Source: a bacterium
GTDB lineage: Bacteria > Electryoneota > Electryoneia > Electryoneales > Electryoneaceae
Assembly (NCBI GenBank): GCA_963669175.1
Contig: OY769902.1
Span: 3,136,001-3,200,000, forward strand
DNA: 64,000 bases
Reading direction: 5' to 3'
In this document: positions 38,255-48,293 of the stretch, one piece after another
Layout of the letters: every line of letters starts with the position of its first letter
Position numbering within the stretch: position 1 is the first letter of the stretch
Position numbers and translations under genes: made by a program
Notes under the pieces: generated by a model
Database searches by the model: none
Seen by the model: only the letters and a program-made list of their open reading frames with translations
What the model was told of the DNA's origin: nothing

Positions 38255-39328
38255 TCAGGATTCCGGTAGCACTCGGAAGGGATTAAAATAAATCCACCCT
38301 TTGCCTTTACGGTGGGCTTCTGCACGCCATATACCGGGTTTGTACTGAACTTTGGTTACCAATCGTTTGCCAGTAGTTTCAGCTTCCACAACCCCATCCC
38401 TGATGAGTCTCAGGTTGGCTTCTACTGGCGTACGTATGATAAAATCAATCGGATCTTCAGGTGACAAAGTGCAAATGGGCCAGTGTTTATTCCCACGGAT
38501 TCGCGCGTAAAAACGGGCTCCATCCGCTTTCCCCAAACGATGGTTAGCGCCGAAATGCCTGCCTTTATGTAAAGCAGCGAACACCTGTTCACGTGCAACT
38601 GCCGGATTTGTATTCAGAGGGGCAGGAAGGAGCAGATGGGTTCGCAGGCTGCGGAACTGCACCTTGTAATGAAACACTTTTACATGAATAAGCCCCTTCA
38701 GCAGGGGATATTTGATCGAGTGAGCGTCCACACCCACATATCCGACCACAGGACGAAGCTGGTTCAGACGATCCCAGACCGCCAGAGTTTGTGGATCAGG
38801 ACGTGTCAGGCTTTTTAAAGGATGCAGGAATCGCTGGAGACGGTTTTCGCGTGTGAGGCCTTCTGTCCACTGTGAGAGCTGGTTCCAGATTTCAACGCCA
38901 TCAATTGGCGCATCCCACGCAGTCCAGGGATAGGGGGGCATATCTTTGAATACATCACGTTTCTCATGAGGATGGGCTATGGCGCCAAAACCACCCATGC
39001 GCTGTACTTCTGAAACATAGGTTACCGGATCATCCTGGGGCGGGACTTTTTCGATTCCATACGCCAGGTAATGATTCGGGCCGTTTTCATCACCCAGTTC
39101 GCTCCCAACCAGAACCAGCACCGGACCGTAATACCCTTCTTCGCCACGATCCAGTGCTTTCAGGTGTTCATGGTCAGTGATAATCAACCAGTCCAGACCG
39201 TGCTCAGAGGCATAGCTGGCAATCTCCGGGACGCGCCCGGTGCCATCTGAATAGTTGGTGTGGATATGCAAAACACCAACGTATTCATGCAACTTGTGCA
39301 GCCTCTTTTCTGAACTGGTTTTCTCCAT
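38255..39328 (-). CDS. PHP-domain metallohydrolase (CehA/McbA-like)
   Basis: LHIHTNYSDG, ITDH, IAHP, GVEIWN, GVDAH. Confidence 0.88.
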   Translation of the reverse strand: MEKTSSEKRLHKLHEYVGVLHIHTNYSDGTGRVPEIASYASEHGLDWLIITDHEHLKALDRGEEGYYGPVLVLVGSELGDENGPNHYLAYGIEKVPPQDDPVTYVSEVQRMGGFGAIAHPHEKRDVFKDMPPYPWTAWDAPIDGVEIWNQLSQWTEGLTRENRLQRFLHPLKSLTRPDPQTLAVWDRLNQLRPVVGYVGVDAHSIKYPLLKGLIHVKVFHYKVQFRSLRTHLLLPAPLNTNPAVAREQVFAALHKGRHFGANHRLGKADGARFYARIRGNKHWPICTLSPEDPIDFIIRTPVEANLRLIRDGVVEAETTGKRLVTKVQYKPGIWRAEAHRKGKGWIYFNPFRVLPES

Positions 39329-39882
39329 CAGAGCCCCAACTCCTTCGAGATACCGATCATGGCTGCGTTTGCGAGCATCATGAACTCTTCCAACTCCATG
39401 CCAAGCTCGCTACAAGCAGCCATTTGTTCACGGCTTGCACCTGCTGCAAAACGCTTTTCCTCAAATCGCCGTTTCATAAAGCCAAAATCAAGTAGCGCCA
39501 GTTTTTTCGCGGGGTGCATCAGAGCACAAGCCACGAGGAAACCAGTCACCGGGTCTGCACAATAGATCGCCTTGTCCATCAGGTTTTCACGTGGGGCATG
39601 ATCCGCATGGGCATGAATGGCATGCTTGACTTCTTCAGGGACACCTTCTTCTTTTTCCAGCCATTCCACGGTCAGATAGGTATGTTTATCCGGGGCATCC
39701 TTGGTCACTTCATAATCGAGATCGTGTAACAATCCGGCCAAGGCCCAGGTGTCACCATCTTCACCAAGATGCTCCGCCAGTCCACGCATGACAGCTTCCA
39801 CGGCATAAACATGCTTGCGGAGATTTTTGTTCGGGAGGTTCTGTTTGACCAGCTCAAGTGCGTGATCACGTGGCATTAACAT
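39328..39882 (-). CDS. HDIG/HD domain hydrolase
   Basis: KHVYAVEAVM, AGLLHDLDYE, FAAGASR. Confidence 0.88.
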   Translation of the reverse strand: MLMPRDHALELVKQNLPNKNLRKHVYAVEAVMRGLAEHLGEDGDTWALAGLLHDLDYEVTKDAPDKHTYLTVEWLEKEEGVPEEVKHAIHAHADHAPRENLMDKAIYCADPVTGFLVACALMHPAKKLALLDFGFMKRRFEEKRFAAGASREQMAACSELGMELEEFMMLANAAMIGISKELGL

Positions 39883-39906
39883 CCGTTTTTCCTTCCAGGG
39901 TTTCAG

Positions 39907-40491
39907 CTAAAAAGTAATCCTTATCCCGGCAGCCGGGCCATCGCCGGAGGGTGTGGCCCCCACTGTAGGATCAATCTCGAAGTCGTACAGATGGGCATCA
40001 ACGTAGGCATCGAAGGTTGCGAGCAGGGTCAGGCCGGCTGTCCACCAGAGCAGACGATTGCGGTCGTTCTTGTAGAAGTCCGCGAGCCGGATCTCCTGGC
40101 GACGCAGAGTCGCATATTTATCGCCGGACAGCTCTTTTATCCGGTCCTGATGATCCTGGTAGCGCTGATTTTGAACATAGATACCATACCACATGCCTAC
40201 ATCGACACCGAAGAAGATGACTGCTTTAAAATAAGATTCCGTGTAGAATTGTCCGCTTCCGGGGATAGCAAGTGACATCAATGCTGCAAGAGTCGGCTTC
40301 TTGCTGACAGAATAAAGAGGCTCGTCATTTGAGACTCTGGAGCTATCCTGCGGACTATTCGCATGGGCAGAGCCGTCCTTCGCGCTTTCGCGTTGCGTAT
40401 TCTGCGCATGGCTGCTGCCCATTGGGAACAGGACAACGATAATCAGAAAAACAAGAGAATAAAGAAGGTTTACGGCACCAGTGCGATACAT
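39907..40491 (-). CDS. DUF5683-like membrane protein
   Basis: [20 protein letters not shown] and DAYVDAHL motifs. Confidence 0.75.
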   Translation of the reverse strand: MYRTGAVNLLYSLVFLIIVVLFPMGSSHAQNTQRESAKDGSAHANSPQDSSRVSNDEPLYSVSKKPTLAALMSLAIPGSGQFYTESYFKAVIFFGVDVGMWYGIYVQNQRYQDHQDRIKELSGDKYATLRRQEIRLADFYKNDRNRLLWWTAGLTLLATFDAYVDAHLYDFEIDPTVGATPSGDGPAAGIRITF

Positions 40492-40853
40492 TCGACCTCG
40501 ACCAACGCATCTTTTGGAAGACGTGCAACTTCAACAGCGCTTCTCGCCGGAGCATCATTGGCGAAGAATTCTGCGTAAACTTCGTTCATCGCAGCAAAAT
40601 CGTTCATGTCTTTCAGGAATACTGTTGTTTTGATAACATGTTCCAGTCCACTTCCGGCGCCCATGAGAACAGCGCGCAGGTTGGTTAATGCCTGACGTGT
40701 CTGAACTTTGATATCTGTTCCGGCCATCTCACCTGTAATGGGATCCAACGGAATCTGGCCAGCGGTGTACATCAGTTTTCCTTCAAAAACAATCGCCTGG
40801 TTGTAAGGTCCAATGGCGCCGGGCGCCTCTTTTGTACTGATAACTTGACGCAT
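40470..40853 (-). CDS. ridA: RidA family enamine deaminase
   Basis: [37 protein letters not shown]. Confidence 0.95.
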   Translation of the reverse strand: MRQVISTKEAPGAIGPYNQAIVFEGKLMYTAGQIPLDPITGEMAGTDIKVQTRQALTNLRAVLMGAGSGLEHVIKTTVFLKDMNDFAAMNEVYAEFFANDAPARSAVEVARLPKDALVEVECIALVP

Positions 40854-41061
40854 CTTGTGCTCCTGCCATGTTAGTTAAACGTAACAGTGAGTATAGCACA
40901 CTCCAGTGGTAGGCTCAAGCGAAAAAACAGCGGATTCTCTTTTCATCAAAACTTGGGCAGCCATTGGGATCAGGTCATGTGTTTGTCTATATTGTCGTGT
41001 AATCCCTTCCAAATAAGTTGTTTGGCTGTTCCATAGATCCGGCGCAACAGGGGAGCCCAGC

Positions 41062-44043
41062 ATGTCACATCATACGCCGCCACTTGTTAGAGGTCGAAAC
41101 ACAGGTTCGATATGGATCGCGTTTGTTCTGCTCCTGTGTCTCATTGTCCCAGCTTTCACACAACCGTTAACCGTCAATCTTACTTCTGAAAGAGACGGGG
41201 TGTTGCTTTCCTGGAATGCTCCGGAGGGCCAGTCCCGCTGGGTTGTGTTACGTTCGCTGGACCCGAAAATGCTGGCGCCGGATACTCTGGCATACACATC
41301 CAGCAGCTCTTTTTTTGATGCTGAAGGTCTGACGTTGCCCGGACAGCACTGGTTCTACAGGGTTATTCCATGGATTCCTGGGGAAGTTCCAAACAACCCG
41401 GTCATGGTCGAAGACTTTGAAACCGGTGAGGTGGAATTGTCCAGCTATCCGGGTGAAGATGAAGATCCAAACGACTATGATGTGATTGCAGATGGGGCTG
41501 GAGATTCCCAGTATTGCCTGCATTTATACGGCAATACATGGAAGGTACAGGATATTGAAGACCAGCAGACGGATTCAAGCACTGTCTGGGCCGTTGACAT
41601 GAAAACAACGGATGTCAGCAGTTGGCAAATGATAGGTTTCAGCGACGGCACAGATCAGATGTATTACCTGATCTGGGGGCATTCTAGCGCCAATACCGAC
41701 CCGATTATTACCACGTATTTAGGGTGGTTCCCGGAAGATCAGTGGATAACCGCCCATATGCCGATAGGAGAGGACTGGCACGGACGTTTCGGTACCTACC
41801 CGGAGATCACAGAGGTTTACTACATCAACGATACCGATGATAATGACGGAGAGTGGTACATCGACAACCTGCGCGATGCTTCGGATGCCGTGGCGCTCGC
41901 TCCAGGAGCAAGGTTCTCCTTTGTCGCGCTGACACCGGACCGTGTGGACTCGATCACCTATCAATTCCAGAACTTTTCTCGTGATGATGACTCAAACAGG
42001 ATGGATTTCCTCTGGAGTTTCGGAGATGGGCATGTTTCAGTGGAAGAAAATCCGAGGCACACATATCCACGGGGCGGAAGGTGGCCGGTAACGCTCCGAG
42101 TTGAAGATGACCAGAACAACTGGGATATTGCAGCGACGGCTATCGAAGATGCACCATTGACACTACAATCCGATTTTGTCATGAGCTTTGTTGGCGATGT
42201 CATGCTCGGGCGCGGCTACCTGAATGAGGGCGGCCTTATTCAAACCTATGGCGTGGATTACATGTTTGATGATGTTCGTGATTATATCATCGCCGCAGAC
42301 CTTGCCCTGTGCAATCTTGAAAACCCTGCCACCTACGCTGAAACCGCCCATCCCACGAAAACAATCTGGTTCAAAATGCGACCTGAAGATGTGGTTGGTG
42401 TGGTGAATGCTGGCTTCGATTATGCTACCCTGGCAAATAATCACATTATGGATTACATGGTTCAGGGGATGCATGAGACAGAAACGATAGCCTCCATGAA
42501 TGGGTTGTTGTATTCAGGTATCGGCGATAATGATGTTGAAGCACGAATGCCGCTGTACCTTTCCTATGGTGGAAAAAGTGTGGCCGTATTGAGTTCATGT
42601 AATCGTGATGGGCATTATAATTACGCCAATCCGCAACCGTTCCTTGATGCTGGACGTGACAGACCGGGGTTCGCGCTTTGGAATCGCAGTTATGTTGAGA
42701 CCCAGGTTCCACTGGCTGAAGAAAACGCTGACCTGGTACTGGCTTATGTTCACTGCGGGAGTGAGTATTCCCGGATTCCCAAAGACGGAGATAAAAACGA
42801 CTATTACTATGTGGATGAAGTCAGCCAGGGCGAAGATCCGGTAGTATTTGAACTGTTGCCGGATTCAGGCGAAGTCGCATTGCGTCATTATGCAATTGAC
42901 CTGGGCGCTGATCTGGTTGTGTGTCATCATCCGCATGTTATTCAGGGGGTTGAGATTTATAATGGTAAGTTGATCGCCCATTCCCTTGGCAACTTTGTTA
43001 TGGACTTGAACTACAATGAAACCATGCCGACCATGATTCTGGAAACCCATGTGGGTGATACGGTTGATGCTGCTATCGTTCGGCCCGGCTGGATCGAAGA
43101 GTGGGTGCCAAAAATGGCGACTGGAGAGTTTGCCAACAACTTGCTGGACTACCTGACTCATTATAGTAAGTTGTTGAATACTCAACTGTTGCGTTTTCCC
43201 GATGACGAGGAACCCATCGCTCATGTTATGTGGGATACGACTTACGCACGAGCTGAAGAAAACCATGATATCACGGTTGGGATGACCCAGTTCTTTAACC
43301 AGTATCGCACCCGTCCGGTCAAGATGGAAGGGGATGGGTATACTTCCACGATTTCTGTTGATGGTGTTGGCGGGACAGTGCTGGTGCGTTATGGCCGTGA
43401 TGTGATCCTGTGGGGGAACATGGAAGATGAAGGCGCACAACCGTGGAATTTGAATTCAAACTATGAAAGCTACGACGATTCCTATTCGCATGCTGGTGAA
43501 CGAAGCGTACGTCTGAATGTGCCCTATACTGCCGGAGATAATTTTGTAACCCTATTTGAACGCAGAGTTCGTATTTATCCGGATGAAGGACAACATAGTT
43601 TCCTGGGATGGATAGCAACTGATAATGCCGATGCTGCTGAACTTCAGGTCAGATTCTATTATGATCGTTCTGATGGCGACTATAGCCAGCAGGAGATACC
43701 ACTGTCACTGGATGGCGATAATGATTGGACAGCAGCCTGGACAGACTTTGACGTACTTGCTGGAGAACGACGTTATCTAAATGTCCGTTGCAGCCTGTAC
43801 CCGCCGAACTCAGGAACCGCACAGGCCTGGTATGATGATCTTGCCTTTGTCTGGTGGGAAGACTGGGTAGAAGTGGATGGCAATGGGGAAGTGGAAGTGC
43901 CCTGGCCGAATGGCTATCGGTATGTTCAGGTACGTTCCGATCAGAACTCGGATGCTGTAAACATTGAATGGACCAACGAATGGCCCACAGGAGTAAATGC
44001 CTGGTCCGGCGTAGAACAGAATCAGGGACGTGTGATGAGGTAA
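41062..44043 (+). CDS. Secreted multidomain CapA (PGA_cap) family metallophosphoesterase with FN3-like, PKD and carbohydrate-binding-like domains
   Basis: Signal peptide; WSFGDG..NPRHTY (PKD); VGDVMLGR, NLE, LANNHIMDY, HCGSEY, CHHPHVIQG, SLGNF. Confidence 0.85.
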   Translation: MSHHTPPLVRGRNTGSIWIAFVLLLCLIVPAFTQPLTVNLTSERDGVLLSWNAPEGQSRWVVLRSLDPKMLAPDTLAYTSSSSFFDAEGLTLPGQHWFYRVIPWIPGEVPNNPVMVEDFETGEVELSSYPGEDEDPNDYDVIADGAGDSQYCLHLYGNTWKVQDIEDQQTDSSTVWAVDMKTTDVSSWQMIGFSDGTDQMYYLIWGHSSANTDPIITTYLGWFPEDQWITAHMPIGEDWHGRFGTYPEITEVYYINDTDDNDGEWYIDNLRDASDAVALAPGARFSFVALTPDRVDSITYQFQNFSRDDDSNRMDFLWSFGDGHVSVEENPRHTYPRGGRWPVTLRVEDDQNNWDIAATAIEDAPLTLQSDFVMSFVGDVMLGRGYLNEGGLIQTYGVDYMFDDVRDYIIAADLALCNLENPATYAETAHPTKTIWFKMRPEDVVGVVNAGFDYATLANNHIMDYMVQGMHETETIASMNGLLYSGIGDNDVEARMPLYLSYGGKSVAVLSSCNRDGHYNYANPQPFLDAGRDRPGFALWNRSYVETQVPLAEENADLVLAYVHCGSEYSRIPKDGDKNDYYYVDEVSQGEDPVVFELLPDSGEVALRHYAIDLGADLVVCHHPHVIQGVEIYNGKLIAHSLGNFVMDLNYNETMPTMILETHVGDTVDAAIVRPGWIEEWVPKMATGEFANNLLDYLTHYSKLLNTQLLRFPDDEEPIAHVMWDTTYARAEENHDITVGMTQFFNQYRTRPVKMEGDGYTSTISVDGVGGTVLVRYGRDVILWGNMEDEGAQPWNLNSNYESYDDSYSHAGERSVRLNVPYTAGDNFVTLFERRVRIYPDEGQHSFLGWIATDNADAAELQVRFYYDRSDGDYSQQEIPLSLDGDNDWTAAWTDFDVLAGERRYLNVRCSLYPPNSGTAQAWYDDLAFVWWEDWVEVDGNGEVEVPWPNGYRYVQVRSDQNSDAVNIEWTNEWPTGVNAWSGVEQNQGRVMR

Positions 44044-44070
44044 ACACAGACTTCACGTAAGTCATTCTTC

Positions 44071-44104
44071 AGCGCTTCTGCCATGTCGGTGGAAGCGCTT
44101 TTTT
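44071..44104 (+). terminator. Intrinsic terminator after the CapA-family gene
   Basis: AGCGCTTCTGCC..GGTGGAAGCGCT plus T run. Confidence 0.8.
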
Positions 44105-44314
44105 CTTGGTACATAGCCGCAGTAATGCGCTACCATTCGCATGGTTGATAAGCGTTTGACCTGATGTGTGTCCCTTCAGCGAAGCGGGGGCGGAACAGGA
44201 TAGATCCGGCTACAAACAAATCTGTGCTGGAAGGTTTCTTCTGAAACGGACTCTTGTGTTCTGTGTCAACTGGCAATATATTAGCTAATAACACGGATTG
44301 CTTCATGTGTCTTG

Positions 44315-44764
44315 TTAGCTGCCGTTGTTCTTTATCAATTGTTCCAGGTTTCCATTCACCTGGTTCAGGCTGGAAATCAACTCCATGATAGCGTTGTCCG
44401 GCAGTCCATCAAGAGACGATGTAATCAAGTCGGTTGTTCCGGTGATCAGATCTCTTCTGATCTGTTTTGCACGATCTGTCAGGTAGTATCGAGTGCAGCG
44501 ACGGTCCTTTTTATCCTGTTGAGTTTCGACCAGATCATCACGTTCCATGCGATGCAAAGTGTTGGCCATTGTTGGTTGTTCGACCATGTTTCGCTGGCAT
44601 AATTCCAACTGAGTCAACCCGTCTTCTTCATAGAGAGAGAAGAGAGCTGAGAGTTGCCCGGTCGATACATTCTGAGCTGAAAGCTGTTTGTCAAGAGCGA
44701 TCTGCATCCTGCGATTCAATAGGCCAATCAGGAAAATAAGTGACTGTTTTCGCTCGAATTTCAT
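44315..44764 (-). CDS. MarR family transcriptional regulator
   Basis: DGLTQLEL..VEQPTMANTLHRMERDDLV..DKKDRR..LTD. Confidence 0.93.
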   Translation of the reverse strand: MKFERKQSLIFLIGLLNRRMQIALDKQLSAQNVSTGQLSALFSLYEEDGLTQLELCQRNMVEQPTMANTLHRMERDDLVETQQDKKDRRCTRYYLTDRAKQIRRDLITGTTDLITSSLDGLPDNAIMELISSLNQVNGNLEQLIKNNGS

Positions 44765-45659
44765 GTGTCAATGCCTTTCCTTGAACAGGGAGTAGGCCTC
44801 TGTGGCTGTACGCTCTTGCTGCACCGGATTTGCCAGTAGATTAGAGAGTTTTCTCCTCACGTTTTCATGAACAATGCAAGTGATTCAGAACAATTGATTG
44901 AGGAGAAATTTCCTCTATTACGATCCAAAAAACTATAAAAACAATAGTCTAATTTGAGCAAAATCACAGGTCTAGGTCGCCCAATGCGAAGCGCTGCCAT
45001 TCTATAGCCGACATCCTGTATATCCCACTCATTTTTCAGTAACATCCCAAGCCAGTTCCAGAAACGAGATCAACTCTTTGAATTCGTTACTGCTGTCAAA
45101 ATGTATAGCATGCAATGTAAAAAGCATATGTTTCGAAGTAAAGAGAAGAGAGAGTTCACTGCCTTATTACGCTTACTTCTTACTCACAGGTCTGTCAAGT
45201 TTCAGATTGACACCAGGTTTCCACTTATTTTCACACTCAGTATTCCAGATAAACGCCTCATAATACTCCGCTTAAACTGGAATCCATGGACTGAGTATTG
45301 TGGCGCAATGTAGTGAGTTGCTGCATAGCATTATCACGGAAGGACTGGAAGGACCAGGGGGATTGTTATTATAAATCCGGGAGATGAACCAGCGTATTCT
45401 GGTCAGAAAAATATCGGGGTTGATGTGTTTATACGGTCGTAATGGTATGTACAAGGTTTTGTTACTACATGCTGTTAGCTCAAGGATAACTCTGCGACAA
45501 ACTAGTACCGTATATCGAGAATCAGCTTTGATTTACTAAGGAATATGGTGAAGAGGAGAGCAGAAATTACTATCAGGAACGACAGGACGACATGCGTAAG
45601 TAACGCCCAAGCAATACGCAGATAGTGTGAGGGTTTGATGTATCAATAGGACGCATTTC

Positions 45660-45929
45660 CTAGTGGACCGGATCACATGAATCGATGGATACAGAGCTGC
45701 GAATCATCGTTCAGGACAAGGCGCATTCCTGAAGTCATAGCGGGTTATTTCAAAGGAATGGAACGCAGTCATGAACGATGAGGCGCGCTCCCTTCGGGCT
45801 TGTCACGAGGCGGCTGTCTGCTGCGTTGATTTCATTTACAGTAACCCGCTACACCTGCATGAATTCGCCTTGCAGCCAACTCGCCCGTGACAAGCAGAAC
45901 TCCTCGATTCATGTGATCCGGTCCACTAG
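45660..45929. mobile_element. About 265 bp MITE with a perfect 26 bp terminal inverted repeat including CTAG; TA duplication, IS630/Correia-like
   Basis: CTAGTGGACCGGATCACATGAATCGA (45660-45685) is the exact reverse complement of 45904-45929. Confidence 0.9.
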
Positions 45930-46094
45930 CCCGAATATTTCATGAACGAAACATGGATAATCATCTTAACACATTTCATATCAACACATTACAACTGATT
46001 CATACAGCATTTTTCAGGGGACAGTTTGCTCCGGTATCCCTTTGCGTGTCTATTCCCTGTTTCGCTGGCAATATGAGGCTGAGTATCGGCAACC

Positions 46095-46341
46095 GCCCCG
46101 GCAGGGGCAACCTGTATTAGCCCCGGGCAGCCGCCGTCAGTTTGGCGGCTACCCGGGGAGATAATGCGCACCATATATTTACTCCGGAAGGAGTAACCTG
46201 ATAATTATCAAAAGTATACAGTGGAAATATTCAGGCAACCCGCTGCCGGGGTTGGCAAGTAGCGTACATCCTATTCCCACCGTGAGCGCCAAACAGACGG
46301 CGCTGGACGGTGGGCTAATACAGAGAACCACTGCCGTGGTT
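46095..46341. repeat. REP doublet (REPIN-like)
   Basis: CTGTATTAGCCC (46112) / GGGCTAATACAG (46312) inverted pair; hairpins at 46121-46158 and 46276-46314; short flanking palindromes. Confidence 0.8.
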
Positions 46342-46642
46342 CTTGTACTGGCCGTTCCATCAAGTATCACATTGAAATTGCCAGTGGTGAAATCTTCGGG
46401 CTAGAGCAAATCCGTTGCGAACCATCCAGACATTCAGGAATAGAAACGATCTCATTGAGAGATTTCCTCCTGCCTTTCAAGAAGGAAAAGACCAATTGAA
46501 ATGGCGTGGCGCCATAATGGCAGTTTAAGAACTGTCAATATGACATAAATGGGGATTTTCTGGCAGAAAGCCTTGTGTGGTGCCGCAGGTGTTTAAATGT
46601 AAGTAGCGTAATTATAATATATAAAGTGTGGTAATCTCGTTT

Positions 46643-46658
46643 TGGCACGGCCGTTGCA
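46643..46658 (+). promoter_or_regulatory. sigma54 -24/-12 promoter of hsp20
   Basis: TGGCACG-GCCG-TTGCA matches the TGGCACG-N4-TTGCW consensus; AT-rich tract upstream. Confidence 0.85.
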
Positions 46659-46723
46659 AATGGGTCAGGCAAGTTGCTGAAGTAAACACAAACGACACAA
46701 CACACATAGTGGAGGACAGAAAG

Positions 46724-47167
46724 ATGACACTCGTACGTTACAACCCGAATCGTGAGTTTGACATGGTCCGTCGCACCCTGAACCACATGATGAATCAGTG
46801 GACTGAAGGGGAGCATGATGAAGATGTGGTCGAAAAAGTCTGGCGCCCGCGCGTAGACATCTTTGAAACAGAAGCCGGTTACCAGGTTGAGGCCGATCTT
46901 CCCGGCATGACCACAGAAGACCTGTCCATTGACCTGGAAGACGGTCTGCTGACGATCAGTGGTGAGCGTAAGGCCCCGGAGGGCCAGAAGGAAGACTGCT
47001 GCCATGTCAACGAACGTGTACACGGCAAATTCCGTCGCACCTTCAGGTTACACAATTCCATCGATACGGAAAAGATCGATGCAGGGATGAAGCATGGTGT
47101 TCTGGTCATCAACCTGCCGAAGATGGAGCAGGCGAAGCCGCGCAAGATCAAGATTAAGGCTAACTAG
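46724..47167 (+). CDS. Hsp20/alpha-crystallin small heat shock protein
   Basis: GGAGG RBS; WRPRVDIFET, ADLPG, LTISGER, ERVHGKFRRTF, GVLVINLPK. Confidence 0.95.
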   Translation: MTLVRYNPNREFDMVRRTLNHMMNQWTEGEHDEDVVEKVWRPRVDIFETEAGYQVEADLPGMTTEDLSIDLEDGLLTISGERKAPEGQKEDCCHVNERVHGKFRRTFRLHNSIDTEKIDAGMKHGVLVINLPKMEQAKPRKIKIKAN

Positions 47168-47208
47168 CGGGCCGATCCACTAGCCCTCTGGCATTCCAGA
47201 TAGAACTG

Positions 47209-47241
47209 AAAAGCCCCCTTCGGAACGGTCCGGAGGGGGCT
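47209..47241. terminator. Hairpin terminator between convergent hsp20 and proline dehydrogenase genes
   Basis: AAAAGCCCCCTTCGGA..TCCGGAGGGGGCT. Confidence 0.75.
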
Positions 47242-47266
47242 GAATTGTCTCGTAAGGTTCTACGAT

Positions 47267-48166
47267 TTAAAGATGGAATATATCCTTGAATACATACCCG
47301 GCAACTTGCGGATTTTCTTTCAGGCGTCGGGTTGAATAGGCGTACCAGTCTTTTCCGAAGGGCACGTAAATACGCATCGGATGTCCATCTTTCAGGATCT
47401 GGCGGCGCAGGTGTTGTGTAACACCAAGCAACATCTGGAACTCATATTGCTCTTTCGGGATACCGTGTTTCTCCAGGATACGGTACGCTTCCCAGATCAG
47501 CATTTCGTCATGGGTTGCGATGCCAACAAAGAGCCCGTTGGTAAGAGCTTTTTCCAGCAGCAACAGGTAGTTTTTCCTGATGATCTCATAATCCTTAAAA
47601 GCGATCTCAGCCGGTTCCACGTAAATCCCTTTACACAGCCGGATATTGGCTTTCATTGGAATTAACGTTTCCTCGAGGTCTTTAAGTGAACGCCGCATAT
47701 AAGCCTGTATTACGACGCCTGTCTTCGGGTATTGCTTTCGAAGATCAGTTAAAAGGTCGTATGTAAGCGTGGTATAGGGGCTGTCTTCCATGTCGATTCG
47801 TACGAAATTATCCTGTTCTTTCAATTTCGCGATGACTTTAAGATAGTTTTCACGGCAGAATTGTGGATCCATCCCCAGGCCGAATTGAGTCGGCTTTATG
47901 GAAATATTGGCGTCCAGTTTCTCTGTCTTGATAGCCTCTACTACTTTCAGGTACATGGCAACAGCCCTTCGGGACTGCTGTTTCATGGTAACGGATTCAC
48001 CCAGAACATCGATCGTGGCACGACACCCCTGCCGATTCAACTGGCGGGCAGTGTCAATGGCGTGTTGCAGTGTTTCCCCGGCGATATATGGATCGGCAAA
48101 CTGACGAACCAGCCGTTTGGGAACCAGTGGCATGGCAGCAACAACCATATTGTCCAGTAAACTCAT
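47267..48166 (-). CDS. Monofunctional proline dehydrogenase
   Basis: YIAGE, DVLGE, SIKPTQFG, RIDMEDS, RLCKGIY, IATHD, EFQMLLG, YVPFG..RRLKENP; AGGAGG RBS. Confidence 0.95.
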   Translation of the reverse strand: MSLLDNMVVAAMPLVPKRLVRQFADPYIAGETLQHAIDTARQLNRQGCRATIDVLGESVTMKQQSRRAVAMYLKVVEAIKTEKLDANISIKPTQFGLGMDPQFCRENYLKVIAKLKEQDNFVRIDMEDSPYTTLTYDLLTDLRKQYPKTGVVIQAYMRRSLKDLEETLIPMKANIRLCKGIYVEPAEIAFKDYEIIRKNYLLLLEKALTNGLFVGIATHDEMLIWEAYRILEKHGIPKEQYEFQMLLGVTQHLRRQILKDGHPMRIYVPFGKDWYAYSTRRLKENPQVAGYVFKDIFHL

Positions 48167-48293
48167 CGCTCCTCCTGTACTCCCAGGTAAGCAGTCGTAT
48201 GTAGCGTGTAACATGAATGGTAAACAAACAACAGCGAAATATAGGGGTATGACATGATATGGGGCAATCGCAGTTTTTTGGAGGAAGGTTTCG

